From IMG/VR virus record IMGVR_UViG_3300038428_000132, positions 1 through 37,142 of that record: a stretch of DNA of 37,142 nt; one strand, 5' to 3'. This document shows, piece after piece, positions 8,739-18,232 of this stretch. Within the stretch, counting starts at the first letter, position 1. Each line of letters starts with the position of its first letter. Below the pieces are notes generated by a model that saw only the letters and a list, made by a program, of their open reading frames with translations, was not told the DNA's origin and made no database searches. This stretch comes from a virus. Both the position numbers and the translations under genes were made by a program.

Positions 8739-10868
8739 TTACATCCCGGTGGCTTCTTCAGTGCCAAATCCTCCGCCTGCCGCTCCGGTGAGCATTTCAG
8801 GCTGCAACGCACTTTCCATTGCACGCCGTAGTACGATCTCTGTTGCCCTAGCGTCGTTCTTCTCGCTATTGATGTCAGACTGAATCTTACCACGATTCTG
8901 GTCAATAGCCATCTGACCATGGACCTTCGCCATCTGGCCCTTCTCAGCCTGAGCCATACCCATCTGGAATTGAATTTCTTGTGGTGTCATCTTACGCACC
9001 AAGTCTTTGCGGTTAGACCATTCGCTGATTTCCATGAACATCGAAACCAACTCAAGCGCGTCAATCGTCCAGCCAGTCTTATTAAGCTGAGCAAGCAATT
9101 GCTGATTTTCAAATATCTGACTAAGCAAAGGAAGCATCTGTGCCATCCCCTTCTTAGCAGCAATGTGTTGCGCAGCAAGAATTTCAAACTTTGTACGACC
9201 GTTGAGATACTTTGCGAGGTCCCACGTTTTCTTGTAGTCCGCTCCCATCTCATCGCCCAAGATTTCTTTCATCTGCCTCTCGGGCATCTCTTCGTTAATC
9301 AGTTCGTCAAGAAGATAGATGTATGGTTCAAGCACAGTCTTAACGAATCTGCTGATCGGACCTTGCAGTCGGTTTGACTGAGCAGAAGCAAGCTGAATAG
9401 CACCACTAGCAGTACGGCCCATGCTAGTACCAGCACCACCAGTGTTTCCTTGAGAAAGCCTCTGATCCGCTCCTGTTGCCTCTTCTGCCGATTGGTTAGC
9501 ATTCTGAAGTACCGGCCACAACTCCGCCGGAATCTTCGGCATCTCCATAATGCCGAACCCCTTGCGAACGTCGTCCCCTTCAACTGTAATGACCGCACCG
9601 CGCCGCAACCTGATATTCTGACCCGGCTGGTTCTGCGTCGATGCGCGAAGCATCGGCGGATTGACCGCCATCGAAAGCAGATTCAAAGCGGCATTTCGCG
9701 TGCCTTGGTCAACACGCTGTTCTTGCCCGGCTAAGTGGCCGATGCCCATTGACCAAAACGAGCGTGGAATTTTCCACCAGTGCGATGAAAGATAATTGAT
9801 GCGACCCCATGGGTTCTTGCTATTACGCACAACCATCTTATCTTGCACGACCATGGTGATGCGCTTTGAAGTCGTATGCTCGATAACCCGCAACACGTTT
9901 TCAAGTGGGTCGCCTTTTTGAACTACCTGTTCCTCGCGTGCATGAGTTAGTATTGCTCCCGCTCCCATATTCGCAAGTGGAGCGGTCGGGGCTTCTACAG
10001 GTTCTTTTGGTTCTTCAAACCATGAGCGAATTTCTGCTTCGCTTGGAATGAACCATCCTTCTTCCATGCCAGTAACTTCGCCCTTGGCGTTTTCAACTTG
10101 GTGTTCCTTGCACAGTTCGATCAACTCGTAGCCAGTCATGTATCGAATATGAGACACATGCTTCGCTTTTCGGATGTCCGGTTTTGTCAGAGTGCAATCA
10201 ACCAACACCTCTTCATTAGGAATATGCTCAAGATACGGGCACCAGTAATCTTGAACATTGTCTTTCACGCCAATCTCAGAATAATCCACAGTCTCAATGT
10301 TTTGATCGAATCCCAACCGTCCACCGATAGGAACTTTAGCTGTATCGCCCCGGCGTCGATATTGTGGACGTTCTTTTTGGTAAACCTTAGTTCCCCACTT
10401 ATAAACAGCAGTGCCAAACAGCACTGTGTAGAACCAACCGTCCCAACACGCTTCCTCAAACTCCATCTCGCGAAACATCGCGGAGAAGATCGTGGTTTTC
10501 TGACGAATCACTTCTTCCGTAGTACCAGCAGTTGTTTTCAAAAGAAAGAATGGCGATTGAAAGAATATACCATTCATTACGGCTGGAACTATGCTATTAG
10601 TATGTTTGGCAACCAAGAACGACTGTACATTGGCCTCTTGAGTCGAGGTGCCCTCCCACATCGAAATTGGTCTGGGACTTTGGTATAAAGCGTCAATCTC
10701 CCTCCAACGCAAACTCCACATCTTCTCCGAAACGTAGGCTTCATCATTCCGAATATCTTTAAGCACTATTGCAAGAGCTGTCTCGTTATCACATTCTCCG
10801 CTACTGCTAACTTTCTTTACTGAGACTTGGGCTGGTGCATTCGGAGCTTGATCTTTAATTATAGCCAT
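8739..10868 (-). CDS. Portal protein
   Basis: 709 aa between terminase and scaffold; helical; TGADQRLSQG...GRTASGAIQL segment typical of podovirus-type portals; Q/M-rich C-terminal barrel. Confidence 0.85.
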   Translation of the reverse strand: MAIIKDQAPNAPAQVSVKKVSSSGECDNETALAIVLKDIRNDEAYVSEKMWSLRWREIDALYQSPRPISMWEGTSTQEANVQSFLVAKHTNSIVPAVMNGIFFQSPFFLLKTTAGTTEEVIRQKTTIFSAMFREMEFEEACWDGWFYTVLFGTAVYKWGTKVYQKERPQYRRRGDTAKVPIGGRLGFDQNIETVDYSEIGVKDNVQDYWCPYLEHIPNEEVLVDCTLTKPDIRKAKHVSHIRYMTGYELIELCKEHQVENAKGEVTGMEEGWFIPSEAEIRSWFEEPKEPVEAPTAPLANMGAGAILTHAREEQVVQKGDPLENVLRVIEHTTSKRITMVVQDKMVVRNSKNPWGRINYLSSHWWKIPRSFWSMGIGHLAGQEQRVDQGTRNAALNLLSMAVNPPMLRASTQNQPGQNIRLRRGAVITVEGDDVRKGFGIMEMPKIPAELWPVLQNANQSAEEATGADQRLSQGNTGGAGTSMGRTASGAIQLASAQSNRLQGPISRFVKTVLEPYIYLLDELINEEMPERQMKEILGDEMGADYKKTWDLAKYLNGRTKFEILAAQHIAAKKGMAQMLPLLSQIFENQQLLAQLNKTGWTIDALELVSMFMEISEWSNRKDLVRKMTPQEIQFQMGMAQAEKGQMAKVHGQMAIDQNRGKIQSDINSEKNDARATEIVLRRAMESALQPEMLTGAAGGGFGTEEATGM

Positions 10869-11305
10869 TACAATCTCCCGGCCATTCTTCGCAAATGTTC
10901 AAGTCTTTTCTTCCATTGATGATTCCAACAAAGTGTCTGGTAACCTTCTGGATAACCGCCTACTCTTAATTCAAGATAAAGAGCCTTACCCGTTCGCTCC
11001 CCAAGACGCCGTTGTTCGGCACCATCGTCGTCTATATGGTCAAGAGTGAGTAAATCAACGTCAGTTATACCACACTCAGGCCAACAGCAACAAAGCTGTT
11101 GCTCTTTTCCGTACTTCGTCAAAACCTCTATCTTAATTCTTAATTTATAATCATAAAGATATTGGTTCGTTTCTTGTCTATGCAATTTACGAAACTTCTT
11201 CTTTCGTTCATTCGCACAAACCAAGCACTGATACTCTAGGCCGTCTCGCGTTCCTTTACGATGACAAAATTTCCCCGGCTTTCCACACTTCGTACAAAGT
11301 TTCAT
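10868..11305 (-). CDS. Free-standing HNH-type endonuclease, family A copy 2
   Basis: N-terminal CTKC/CLVC Zn motif; CCWPEC...LTLDHI...GYQTLCWNHQWKK; TAATG overlap with portal start. Confidence 0.75.
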   Translation of the reverse strand: MKLCTKCGKPGKFCHRKGTRDGLEYQCLVCANERKKKFRKLHRQETNQYLYDYKLRIKIEVLTKYGKEQQLCCCWPECGITDVDLLTLDHIDDDGAEQRRLGERTGKALYLELRVGGYPEGYQTLCWNHQWKKRLEHLRRMAGRL

Positions 11306-11312
11306 ATTCCCT

Positions 11313-11360
11313 CCCTAAAGAGAATATATGAGGCTAAATTGTTAGGGCAATCTAGCCCCA
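11313..11360 (-). promoter_or_regulatory. RBS-sequestering H-type pseudoknot
   Basis: 12-bp stem UGGGGCUAGAUU/AAUUUAGCCUCA (two G-U pairs, valid only on the minus strand); loop CCCUAA pairs with UUAGGG at the RBS. Confidence 0.6.
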
Positions 11361-11444
11361 CATTCGCCGCTATTAACCCAATCGGCTTCGGGATAAGCCC
11401 CTGCCACTAAAGGTAATCGGGGCAAAACACAAAAACATTCTTTA

Positions 11445-11624
11445 TTATTTCTTCTTCTCACACGGCTTACCACCGTCTGCCATGACAAAGCCCAATTCAG
11501 GAACGAATCTCACATCACATATTTCATCCCCTGCTTTCAGTTTTTTATAAGCTTTGACCTTCAATGTTATGGCATCAAGCAATACGAAGAATAAGAACAT
11601 AAATGCTACAAAAAGAGCAACCAT
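11445..11624 (-). CDS. 59-aa single-pass membrane protein
   Basis: Below track cutoff; GGGGAGG RBS; MVALFVAFMFLFFVLLDAITLKVKAYKK...PELGFVMADGGKPCEKKK. Confidence 0.65.
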   Translation of the reverse strand: MVALFVAFMFLFFVLLDAITLKVKAYKKLKAGDEICDVRFVPELGFVMADGGKPCEKKK

Positions 11625-11635
11625 ACAGCCTCCCC

Positions 11636-13420
11636 TCAGTATCTCTGACTGCCATAGAAATCTCCAATCGGAAGACCGGTCACTTCATCGTACTCAATCT
11701 CGTCTTCCGGCTCGGCCTCAACAACCGGTGCAGGCGGCTCAACGTAAGCATACGCACCTTGACCAAAGATCATGTCAAACTGCGTCCGCTCCCTAGCCTC
11801 ACGCCGACGATCAATCGCCTCTTTCTTATCCTCCGTCCGACTTCCTTGATGGGCATATTCTACGAAGCGCGAAATAGCGTCGGGGATGTCTCGCTTTCCG
11901 CGAGACGAAATGAACTCTCGAATGACCTCTTCCACCTCCGTCTGCATGTTGCTTGCAAAGAACAGACGGTGATTTTTGTACAACGGAACAAGTCCTTTAA
12001 TCCTGTTTTCTTTTGCGTTCTTCTCGCCTTGCCCGAGTGGAATCCAAACGATCTGCGGTAGTTTGATTCCTTGCCGCTCGGCTGAGGCGTAGATGTCGGT
12101 CTTCAACCATCGTGCCCCAACTGACTCCTCTATCCCCATGAGTTGAACTTCCGGGTAATCGCGGATGGCACTCACGATGCTCTCTGGCATTTCCTCTGGT
12201 CGAAACCTACCACGAATGATGTCTTTAATCCACAGAGCTTCGTTATGCCATGCTCCGATGGCAATGACTGTAAAGTCGCGCCCGCGTTTGTCGGAGTAGG
12301 CTAGGTCTGCAATCGCAAACGTCTTGGCATACACTGGCATCTGAGTCCAATCAATGAAGCATTTCAGAAGCCCTTCGCGGGTAAAATCCACTTCCCCGGC
12401 CAAGGTTGGGTTGTTTAAGTACTGACCAGAGTGGACCTTCGGGTCCATCAACATATCGTCGTGCAAAAACTTGAAGTCCCAAATCTCTGTGTCAAGATAC
12501 TCGCAATCTTCCTCCCGACTATCCAAAGTCGGAGCAAAGTACTTGCACTGCAATTCTCCAACACCGTCTGGCCCGGTCCCTTTCAACCACCATGCCGGTC
12601 GGCACAGGTAATGGAAGCCCTTCACTTCGTCCTTGAAGTTTCCGTAGACAACTTCCTGACCGATGCCCCAAACGAACATCAACTTGCCGTAGGTGTCATC
12701 GTTCTCGTACCGCGTTCCGATTGTGTCGCGGTAGCCCCACTTCGGCAGCAATTTGTGACTCATGTTGAACCGGCGGTGAATAACCACCACACGCTGCGAG
12801 CTACGAATGTTCTGGTCAGTGAGGATGTCATCATTCTTTAAGACATCGCATCTCCATCCAGAAGTAGCCGATTCAATCGAGATCGCATACACCGTAGGGT
12901 CTGGGATATGCCGACCAGTCTTGTTCCACTTCGGATTCTTTCGCGCCGGAGTGATGAAGTAATCTTCTGCGCCCTTATCGTTCTCACAGACGCAGTGCTC
13001 TGTGAACAGCCGTTGAAACATCGTTGGATGAGCCTTATCATTCCAAATAGGCTCTCCACGAGCATCACGCTCTCCATCCCAGCCCGACACAGTGAAATAA
13101 CTTTTAATCGTCCCTACAATGGCTTTTGCAAGATCAGAATCGCCAGTCTGAATCGCAACCCGTACAAGAGGGAAGTTAATGATCCAATTAACGGCGTCCA
13201 GCGCGTCAATCGTCGTCTTCCAGCCATGGCGCGGAAACAGCAACAGACGTTCTCGAATCGTGGACTGTTGCTCGATAGGCTTGTCCGGGTCCTTCTGAAT
13301 GAAGAACTCGCAAATCTCACGATGGATAGGCCGCAACGGTACGTCGCACAACTCCGTGGCCATCAGCCATAGATTGGTCTGATACCGCCTACGAAGTTCG
13401 TTGCGTTCCGATTCAGTCAT
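11636..13420 (-). CDS. terL: Terminase large subunit
   Basis: 594 aa; Walker-A-like LFPRHGWKTT, Walker B CDVLKNDD, RNase-H-like IADLAYS...DFTVI and KRDIPDAISR. Confidence 0.92.
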   Translation of the reverse strand: MTESERNELRRRYQTNLWLMATELCDVPLRPIHREICEFFIQKDPDKPIEQQSTIRERLLLFPRHGWKTTIDALDAVNWIINFPLVRVAIQTGDSDLAKAIVGTIKSYFTVSGWDGERDARGEPIWNDKAHPTMFQRLFTEHCVCENDKGAEDYFITPARKNPKWNKTGRHIPDPTVYAISIESATSGWRCDVLKNDDILTDQNIRSSQRVVVIHRRFNMSHKLLPKWGYRDTIGTRYENDDTYGKLMFVWGIGQEVVYGNFKDEVKGFHYLCRPAWWLKGTGPDGVGELQCKYFAPTLDSREEDCEYLDTEIWDFKFLHDDMLMDPKVHSGQYLNNPTLAGEVDFTREGLLKCFIDWTQMPVYAKTFAIADLAYSDKRGRDFTVIAIGAWHNEALWIKDIIRGRFRPEEMPESIVSAIRDYPEVQLMGIEESVGARWLKTDIYASAERQGIKLPQIVWIPLGQGEKNAKENRIKGLVPLYKNHRLFFASNMQTEVEEVIREFISSRGKRDIPDAISRFVEYAHQGSRTEDKKEAIDRRREARERTQFDMIFGQGAYAYVEPPAPVVEAEPEDEIEYDEVTGLPIGDFYGSQRY

Positions 13421-13445
13421 AACCTATCCCGTCCAAGCCCGGCGC

Positions 13446-13736
13446 TTACGCAATTGCCGCAAGAGTTGCCCGAGTAGTTGCCTCGCCAGCAACGTACTGC
13501 TTTGTAGTAGCGTTTCCATAACCGTCATTTACAGAAGTAAAGATTCGGACTGTGCTATCGCTATTAGCGTGCAACTCTCCAAGAACCTGTTCGACTTTCG
13601 CGTAACTGTCGATAGGAGTCGCCGCTCCATAAGAACTACCGCTATAGACTTCCAAGCCGGTATCCTTGACGCTTGTGAAAATGTAACCCTTGCTCTCACA
13701 CTTGTCGTTCGGAACTCCTGTGATTGTTGCTGCCAT
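13446..13736 (-). CDS. Hypothetical protein
   Basis: 96 aa, GAGGT RBS, operon context. Confidence 0.65.
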   Translation of the reverse strand: MAATITGVPNDKCESKGYIFTSVKDTGLEVYSGSSYGAATPIDSYAKVEQVLGELHANSDSTVRIFTSVNDGYGNATTKQYVAGEATTRATLAAIA

Positions 13737-13818
13737 GTGAATACCTCTTAAACCCTAACTACACTTTCAGCCTACATTCCTAGCTCAGACGAGTTAAGAA
13801 CGATGCTTCCTTACAAAC

Positions 13819-14043
13819 TTACTTCTTAGCCCCATGATGCCGATGCCAATGACTCATCGCTAATGCGAGCCTGCCCATGGCAGCTACATGTTTATTTTCA
13901 GAGTTTGCAGCCTCTTCCTTTTTTGATTCTGGAATAGCCTCGCCCTCGGGGATGCCGAGGTGTCTGTGTAAGGCTCCGTGGTGAATATGTCCTAATGCAC
14001 GTGCAAAAGAATGCCTTTCAGCAGGTGAATATTTCTCTGCCAT
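13819..14043 (-). CDS. Small His-rich phage protein
   Basis: AAGGAG RBS; GALHRHLGIPEGEAIP motif. Confidence 0.7.
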   Translation of the reverse strand: MAEKYSPAERHSFARALGHIHHGALHRHLGIPEGEAIPESKKEEAANSENKHVAAMGRLALAMSHWHRHHGAKK

Positions 14044-14440
14044 AATTGCTCCTTAAACTTTCAATCCTTTTTTTCATTTGATGATTAAAACAAAGCGTCT
14101 GAAGTCCACCGGGAAATCCCATACTTCTAATCCAAGAATAAAATCCATTTCCGCTTGGCTCTCCATTACGTCTTCGTTCAGCACCATCATTTGCAATATG
14201 ATCTATTGACAACATATCGGGGTCAATAACATTGCAATCTGGCCAACAACATTGCATAATGCCATCTTTTCCATAATGCGTAAGTACTATCAATTTACAC
14301 TTAAAATTACATTTCCTGTTAATTCTTTTAGTTCTTTCAGGATCAAGTCTGCGTCTTTTAGCCTCACGAAGTCTATGCAATTCTAAACCCCGTGGGCTTT
14401 GACGATACCTACGTATAACTTCTGGATTCTTACTTGGCAT
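14018..14440 (-). CDS. Free-standing HNH-type endonuclease, family A copy 3
   Basis: CCWPDC...LSIDHIANDG...GLQTLCFNHQMKK; TAGGAG RBS. Confidence 0.75.
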   Translation of the reverse strand: MPSKNPEVIRRYRQSPRGLELHRLREAKRRRLDPERTKRINRKCNFKCKLIVLTHYGKDGIMQCCWPDCNVIDPDMLSIDHIANDGAERRRNGEPSGNGFYSWIRSMGFPGGLQTLCFNHQMKKRIESLRSNYGREIFTC

Positions 14441-14492
14441 TATACTCCTAGACCCGTAGTGAGAATGAATTTTCTATCTCACAACAGTTCTT

Positions 14493-14834
14493 TTACGCAG
14501 CCGGTGCTGGAGGCACTGAGGGTGCGAGATTTGCCATAGCCGGAGGTGCTGCACCTTCAGCCGGGGCTTCTGGTACAACGCCGGGAGCCAATTCAGACTC
14601 ACCCGCGTTCGGTGCGCCAAGGTGATGCTCAAGATGCGCGTGCAGGTTGTCGAGGTCGCCCTCGCCCGCCGGTCCATGTGGCACCACGTGGGTTGCGTCC
14701 GGCTTCATACCTTCCTGATGCGGTTGGTGGAAGTGATGGACGTGATACCCACCTTTCTTGGCGTGAATGTGCATAGTATGCACTTTCGGTTTCGTTGCTT
14801 TGCCCTTTCCAAGGGCTTCTGCTACGTCTGCCAT
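14493..14834 (-). CDS. His/Pro/Ala-rich small protein
   Basis: 113 aa; AGAGGT RBS. Confidence 0.7.
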   Translation of the reverse strand: MADVAEALGKGKATKPKVHTMHIHAKKGGYHVHHFHQPHQEGMKPDATHVVPHGPAGEGDLDNLHAHLEHHLGAPNAGESELAPGVVPEAPAEGAAPPAMANLAPSVPPAPAA

Positions 14835-14840
14835 AATCGT

Positions 14841-15035
14841 TTACCTCTTTTTCATTGTCCCGAACTTACCTCTCGGACGCTCGCCTTTAGGGTATGGAAT
14901 TTTATGCCCTTCGGCACGCGCATACGAAATCTGAATAGCCCTTGCCTGCGCCTCACTCTTCACAATAGGCCCTTCATGAGACCCCGAATGCAACTTATGT
15001 TGCCGAAATAATTTCAATATCTCACTTGCAGGCAT
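14841..15035 (-). CDS. DUF6496-like small basic protein
   Basis: KLHSGS..GPIVKSEAQARAI.IS.AR resembles the remembered LHSG...QAIAIALS pattern; not verified. Confidence 0.5.
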   Translation of the reverse strand: MPASEILKLFRQHKLHSGSHEGPIVKSEAQARAIQISYARAEGHKIPYPKGERPRGKFGTMKKR

Positions 15036-15049
15036 GGTTTACTCCGAAC

Positions 15050-15433
15050 TTACTGGCCGATCTCTTCCTCAATGTTGACCCACGCAGTACCATCCCAATA
15101 ATAGATGATAGTTCCGCCTTCCCCGTCACTGGCTGTCTTCAAGATAAGGTTGTCCGGCGCACCTTCTTCTTCAGCAAGCTCGCTAAACGAACAAGCAAGG
15201 GCGAACAATTCGTTTGAGGTGGGCAGATAATCTCCTGAATCCACAGAAACAAATTCCTTACTTGCCGGAAGAAAAACTTCCAACCCAACATCCTTCACGC
15301 TTGTAAGAATGCAAGGAACCAAGGTAGAAACCGGCATGCTAAACTCCGTCGAACAGCGAAACCAAAACTCAGACCACCGGGTAACAAGATCGTCCGGCAT
15401 GTCGTCTGAGAACTTCAAGGAAGAGAAAGCCAA
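15050..15433 (-). CDS. Acidic hypothetical protein
   Basis: 127 aa, overlaps the glycosyltransferase end. Confidence 0.5.
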   Translation of the reverse strand: MAFSSLKFSDDMPDDLVTRWSEFWFRCSTEFSMPVSTLVPCILTSVKDVGLEVFLPASKEFVSVDSGDYLPTSNELFALACSFSELAEEEGAPDNLILKTASDGEGGTIIYYWDGTAWVNIEEEIGQ

Positions 15434-16431
15434 TAAAGGCGGTTTTCTCTAACCTGATTACGAAGACTTTTCCTACTCCACAGAATGTACACTTTCTGCC
15501 ATCTTCCAAGAGATTTCTTGATCTTGTTAACGATGTCAGAAACTTTCCCACAGCAAGCCATAATCGAAGGGCACGCCCATTCAATCTCTCTGGAAACTAC
15601 CATAGGCACCCCGCAGGCAGTTGCATCAGCCGCAACGATGTTGAATGTCTCACTCATTGAAACCTGCAAAGAAAGGTCCATCTGATTTACAACTTGAAGG
15701 AAGTCCTCACGAGGCATCCATGGATGTCCTATCAACTCTGCCCGCGCTTTAGACTTAGCAAACAACGCCCGCAGATTTTTAAGAACTTCTTCCCCACCCT
15801 GTTCAGCGCGCAGGTTGATATGAAACCTAAGAAACTTTCCTTTCTCACGCGCATAGTATATCGCAGCCAATGCTTGTGAAAGATGATTTTTCATCGGCCT
15901 AATTGATCCGAAGCAACCGATGTTCAATACATCGTCAAACGGCCTTTTCTTTATCCTTCGCCAATTTTCAATCGGATAGTCGTTCGGCAAATACAAAGCC
16001 TTGCCTTCTGGAAGAACACGCTTCATACCTAACATAGTACGTTCGGAGTTAAACGCTACCCAAACATTAGGTTTTTCAGCATACCTAACTAGCCAATCCA
16101 TTGCAATTCCCTCATGCGCCAAAAATGGCATATTAGAATGGCAACGAATAATCCATTTAACATTTGGGTGCAGCCAACGTAATACCTCAAACTTATTAGG
16201 AACTACCCACAATGCCTCAATGATAACGTGAGTTGGACGAAACTTCGTAACCTCTCGGTCGATGTCGTTGTTGTCCGTAACCGCTACTACTTTCGCTGAA
16301 ATGCCTGCAGACCTCAGCCAAGCAACCAAAAATCCTGCTGAAGATAAAAGGCCGGAAGAGCCATAAGTTGCATTCCCGCCTGACCCAAGACGCTTCTTAA
16401 CAATGAACAAAATCTTAACTTGTTGTTTCAT
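15415..16431 (-). CDS. Glycosyltransferase, GT-B fold (GT4-like)
   Basis: NIGCFGSIRPMKNH and DLSLQVSMSETFNIVAADA...GVPMVVS match the GT-B nucleotide-sugar-binding region. Confidence 0.8.
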   Translation of the reverse strand: MKQQVKILFIVKKRLGSGGNATYGSSGLLSSAGFLVAWLRSAGISAKVVAVTDNNDIDREVTKFRPTHVIIEALWVVPNKFEVLRWLHPNVKWIIRCHSNMPFLAHEGIAMDWLVRYAEKPNVWVAFNSERTMLGMKRVLPEGKALYLPNDYPIENWRRIKKRPFDDVLNIGCFGSIRPMKNHLSQALAAIYYAREKGKFLRFHINLRAEQGGEEVLKNLRALFAKSKARAELIGHPWMPREDFLQVVNQMDLSLQVSMSETFNIVAADATACGVPMVVSREIEWACPSIMACCGKVSDIVNKIKKSLGRWQKVYILWSRKSLRNQVRENRLYWLSLP

Positions 16432-17035
16432 CTTGCCGCCCCGAACCTTTTTCTATTGGACAATGTTTCATCGCTTCCAATTCCAACAAGCGGATATGCT
16501 TTTGCGTCTGCTCGTAGCGGTCCAACAGTTCCGACAATGTTCCATTGGTCGCTTTAGAAATCTCTTCGAGCTTCTTTGCTCTCTCAGCATCCACGGTGTC
16601 CAGCCGCGATTTGACCTCTTCCGCCGTCACTCGCTGACTTCGTTTGATGCTGTTACCGTGGAAAAACACCCCTATGAAGCCCGCTACCGTCGCGCCAATG
16701 ATGGCAATCAACAAGTCCCGGTTAAAAGCACGGTCTTCTGCAATCTGCTCCAGCTTCTCATTGATAGAAGTAATCGCCACAGCCGCGCCTGCGGTCATCG
16801 TCTCGCCGTTCGGGGTGTTCACGAAAACATGCGCGTTCTGCGCAGTTTCAATTCTGTCCAACCTACTCGTGTGGTCCGCCAACGTCTGACTGATAACAGC
16901 CAGCCGCACTTCAATGCTCGACAGCGCATCTTTTTGCTGAGGGGCCAATGCAATTGTTGGAAATAAAAAACAGACCAAAAGAGTAAGCAAGAAAATGACA
17001 TGCTTCATATCATCTGTCTCTCTTGCTTTTTTCAA
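16415..17035 (-). CDS. Membrane-anchored coiled-coil protein
   Basis: Hydrophobic N-terminal segment, an internal TM (LLIAIIGATVAGFIGVFF) and heptad repeats. Confidence 0.65.
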   Translation of the reverse strand: MKKARETDDMKHVIFLLTLLVCFLFPTIALAPQQKDALSSIEVRLAVISQTLADHTSRLDRIETAQNAHVFVNTPNGETMTAGAAVAITSINEKLEQIAEDRAFNRDLLIAIIGATVAGFIGVFFHGNSIKRSQRVTAEEVKSRLDTVDAERAKKLEEISKATNGTLSELLDRYEQTQKHIRLLELEAMKHCPIEKGSGRQDETTS

Positions 17036-17387
17036 GCAATTCCCTCAATTCAGGGTCAGCATCGTCTGCTTGCGCCGGTCCTTCCAACGGGCTTGGCACT
17101 GGGTTCATAGGTTGAGGAGGCTCTACCTTTAGTTCTATGGCATGAACTATCGAGGTCTTACCCGTCTCCAAAAGTTCAATCCATAGCAACAACTCCGCCG
17201 CACGATTCAAATCTCGCGGTGAAGAGTCCTTGTGGCGCATGACCCTGCGCAGTCCGGTTTTGATTGACCGTGTTCCCTTTTTAGACCCTAACTGAGCCAT
17301 GAACCATCCCCAAGCAAAGAGTCGTTTCAACTTTCGTTTTAACTGCCAGACTCGTTGCCTTTTCGCGTTCTCTGTCTTTGTATACAC
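17010..17387 (-). CDS. Basic hypothetical protein (terminase small subunit not demonstrable)
   Basis: 125 aa, basic N-half, Pro-rich linker, acidic tail; no diagnostic motif. Confidence 0.5.
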   Translation of the reverse strand: MYTKTENAKRQRVWQLKRKLKRLFAWGWFMAQLGSKKGTRSIKTGLRRVMRHKDSSPRDLNRAAELLLWIELLETGKTSIVHAIELKVEPPQPMNPVPSPLEGPAQADDADPELRELLEKSKRDR

Positions 17388-17396
17388 GCGATCTTC

Positions 17397-18209
17397 CTAC
17401 TTTTCTTTAGGAGGAGTTCCTTTGTCCGACTCAATAGTAATCTTTGCCGGAGCATCAGGGCTTGCAACATACCATTTATACTTACCAGCCGCCAAATCTT
17501 CTCTAAACTTAATCAAGCGGCTTACAGGCATTGCTATCATGGTAGTCTCAGCCACGCTCCCCACTACAAAAGCGCATATTGCATGTTGCTCAAGGCAAAT
17601 TACAGACGACCCGGAACTGCCGCCGCTTATACCAAACTCTTGTAACAACACAGCGTTTGTCCAGTTAATATCGCCATCAATAATCGGCCTGTCCACAGAA
17701 GGCTGGCTCACTGACCCAAGAAACACCTGCTTACCTAAACCAAGAGGCCCGCCCACATTGATAAACTCATTCAACATTTTTGGATCACGGCCAAGTGGAA
17801 TGATTGGAAATTTTATAGTCTTGTCTGTTGACAGCAGAAAAAAATCATCCCCACGATGGCGAAATCCACACCCAACAGGCTGCGCACGCAGGTAAATTTT
17901 GTTACCTGCAATGTCAGGCGCAACAAAGAAAAAAGTTTTTTCTGGAGTCACAATGTTCTTAGTTGTATCCTCTTGGCAACCGCAGTGTGACGCCGTTACA
18001 AATGTATATGATTTGTCAGATTCATCAATCGCAGTGGCCGTACACCGCATTTCCATGCCGCCTTCTGAATTTTGTGAATACAGCAATGCGGTAGCTGGGT
18101 ATAGTGTCTGATTAACATACACCTTGTCTTTTTCTGATATGCTTTGCCCCCAAAGTAAAGTCGAAAACAACAATCCAATTACAAGAGTCAGCAGTCTTAC
18201 GCCTTTCAT
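17397..18209 (-). CDS. Trypsin-like serine protease with signal peptide
   Basis: Triad motifs FVTASHC, GDDFFLL, GISGGSSGSSV; N-terminal K/R plus hydrophobic signal. Confidence 0.88.
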   Translation of the reverse strand: MKGVRLLTLVIGLLFSTLLWGQSISEKDKVYVNQTLYPATALLYSQNSEGGMEMRCTATAIDESDKSYTFVTASHCGCQEDTTKNIVTPEKTFFFVAPDIAGNKIYLRAQPVGCGFRHRGDDFFLLSTDKTIKFPIIPLGRDPKMLNEFINVGGPLGLGKQVFLGSVSQPSVDRPIIDGDINWTNAVLLQEFGISGGSSGSSVICLEQHAICAFVVGSVAETTMIAMPVSRLIKFREDLAAGKYKWYVASPDAPAKITIESDKGTPPKEK

Positions 18210-18232
18210 TTCGTCTCCTAGGTTAACTCTGT

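Noticed and set aside
11313-11360. Pistol ribozyme, suggested by a TTAGGGC loop (also at 5350-5357)
   Set aside because: The complementary CCCTA lies upstream of the loop on that strand, pistol core nucleotides are absent, and G-U pairs support the opposite strand.
5470-13420. Group I introns or inteins in capsid, portal or terminase
   Set aside because: All three frames are continuous, of normal size and without intein termini; the HNH genes lie between genes.
17010-17387. Terminase small subunit call
   Set aside because: Plausible size and charge, but no recognisable HTH or oligomerisation motif, and it is about 3.6 kb from terL.
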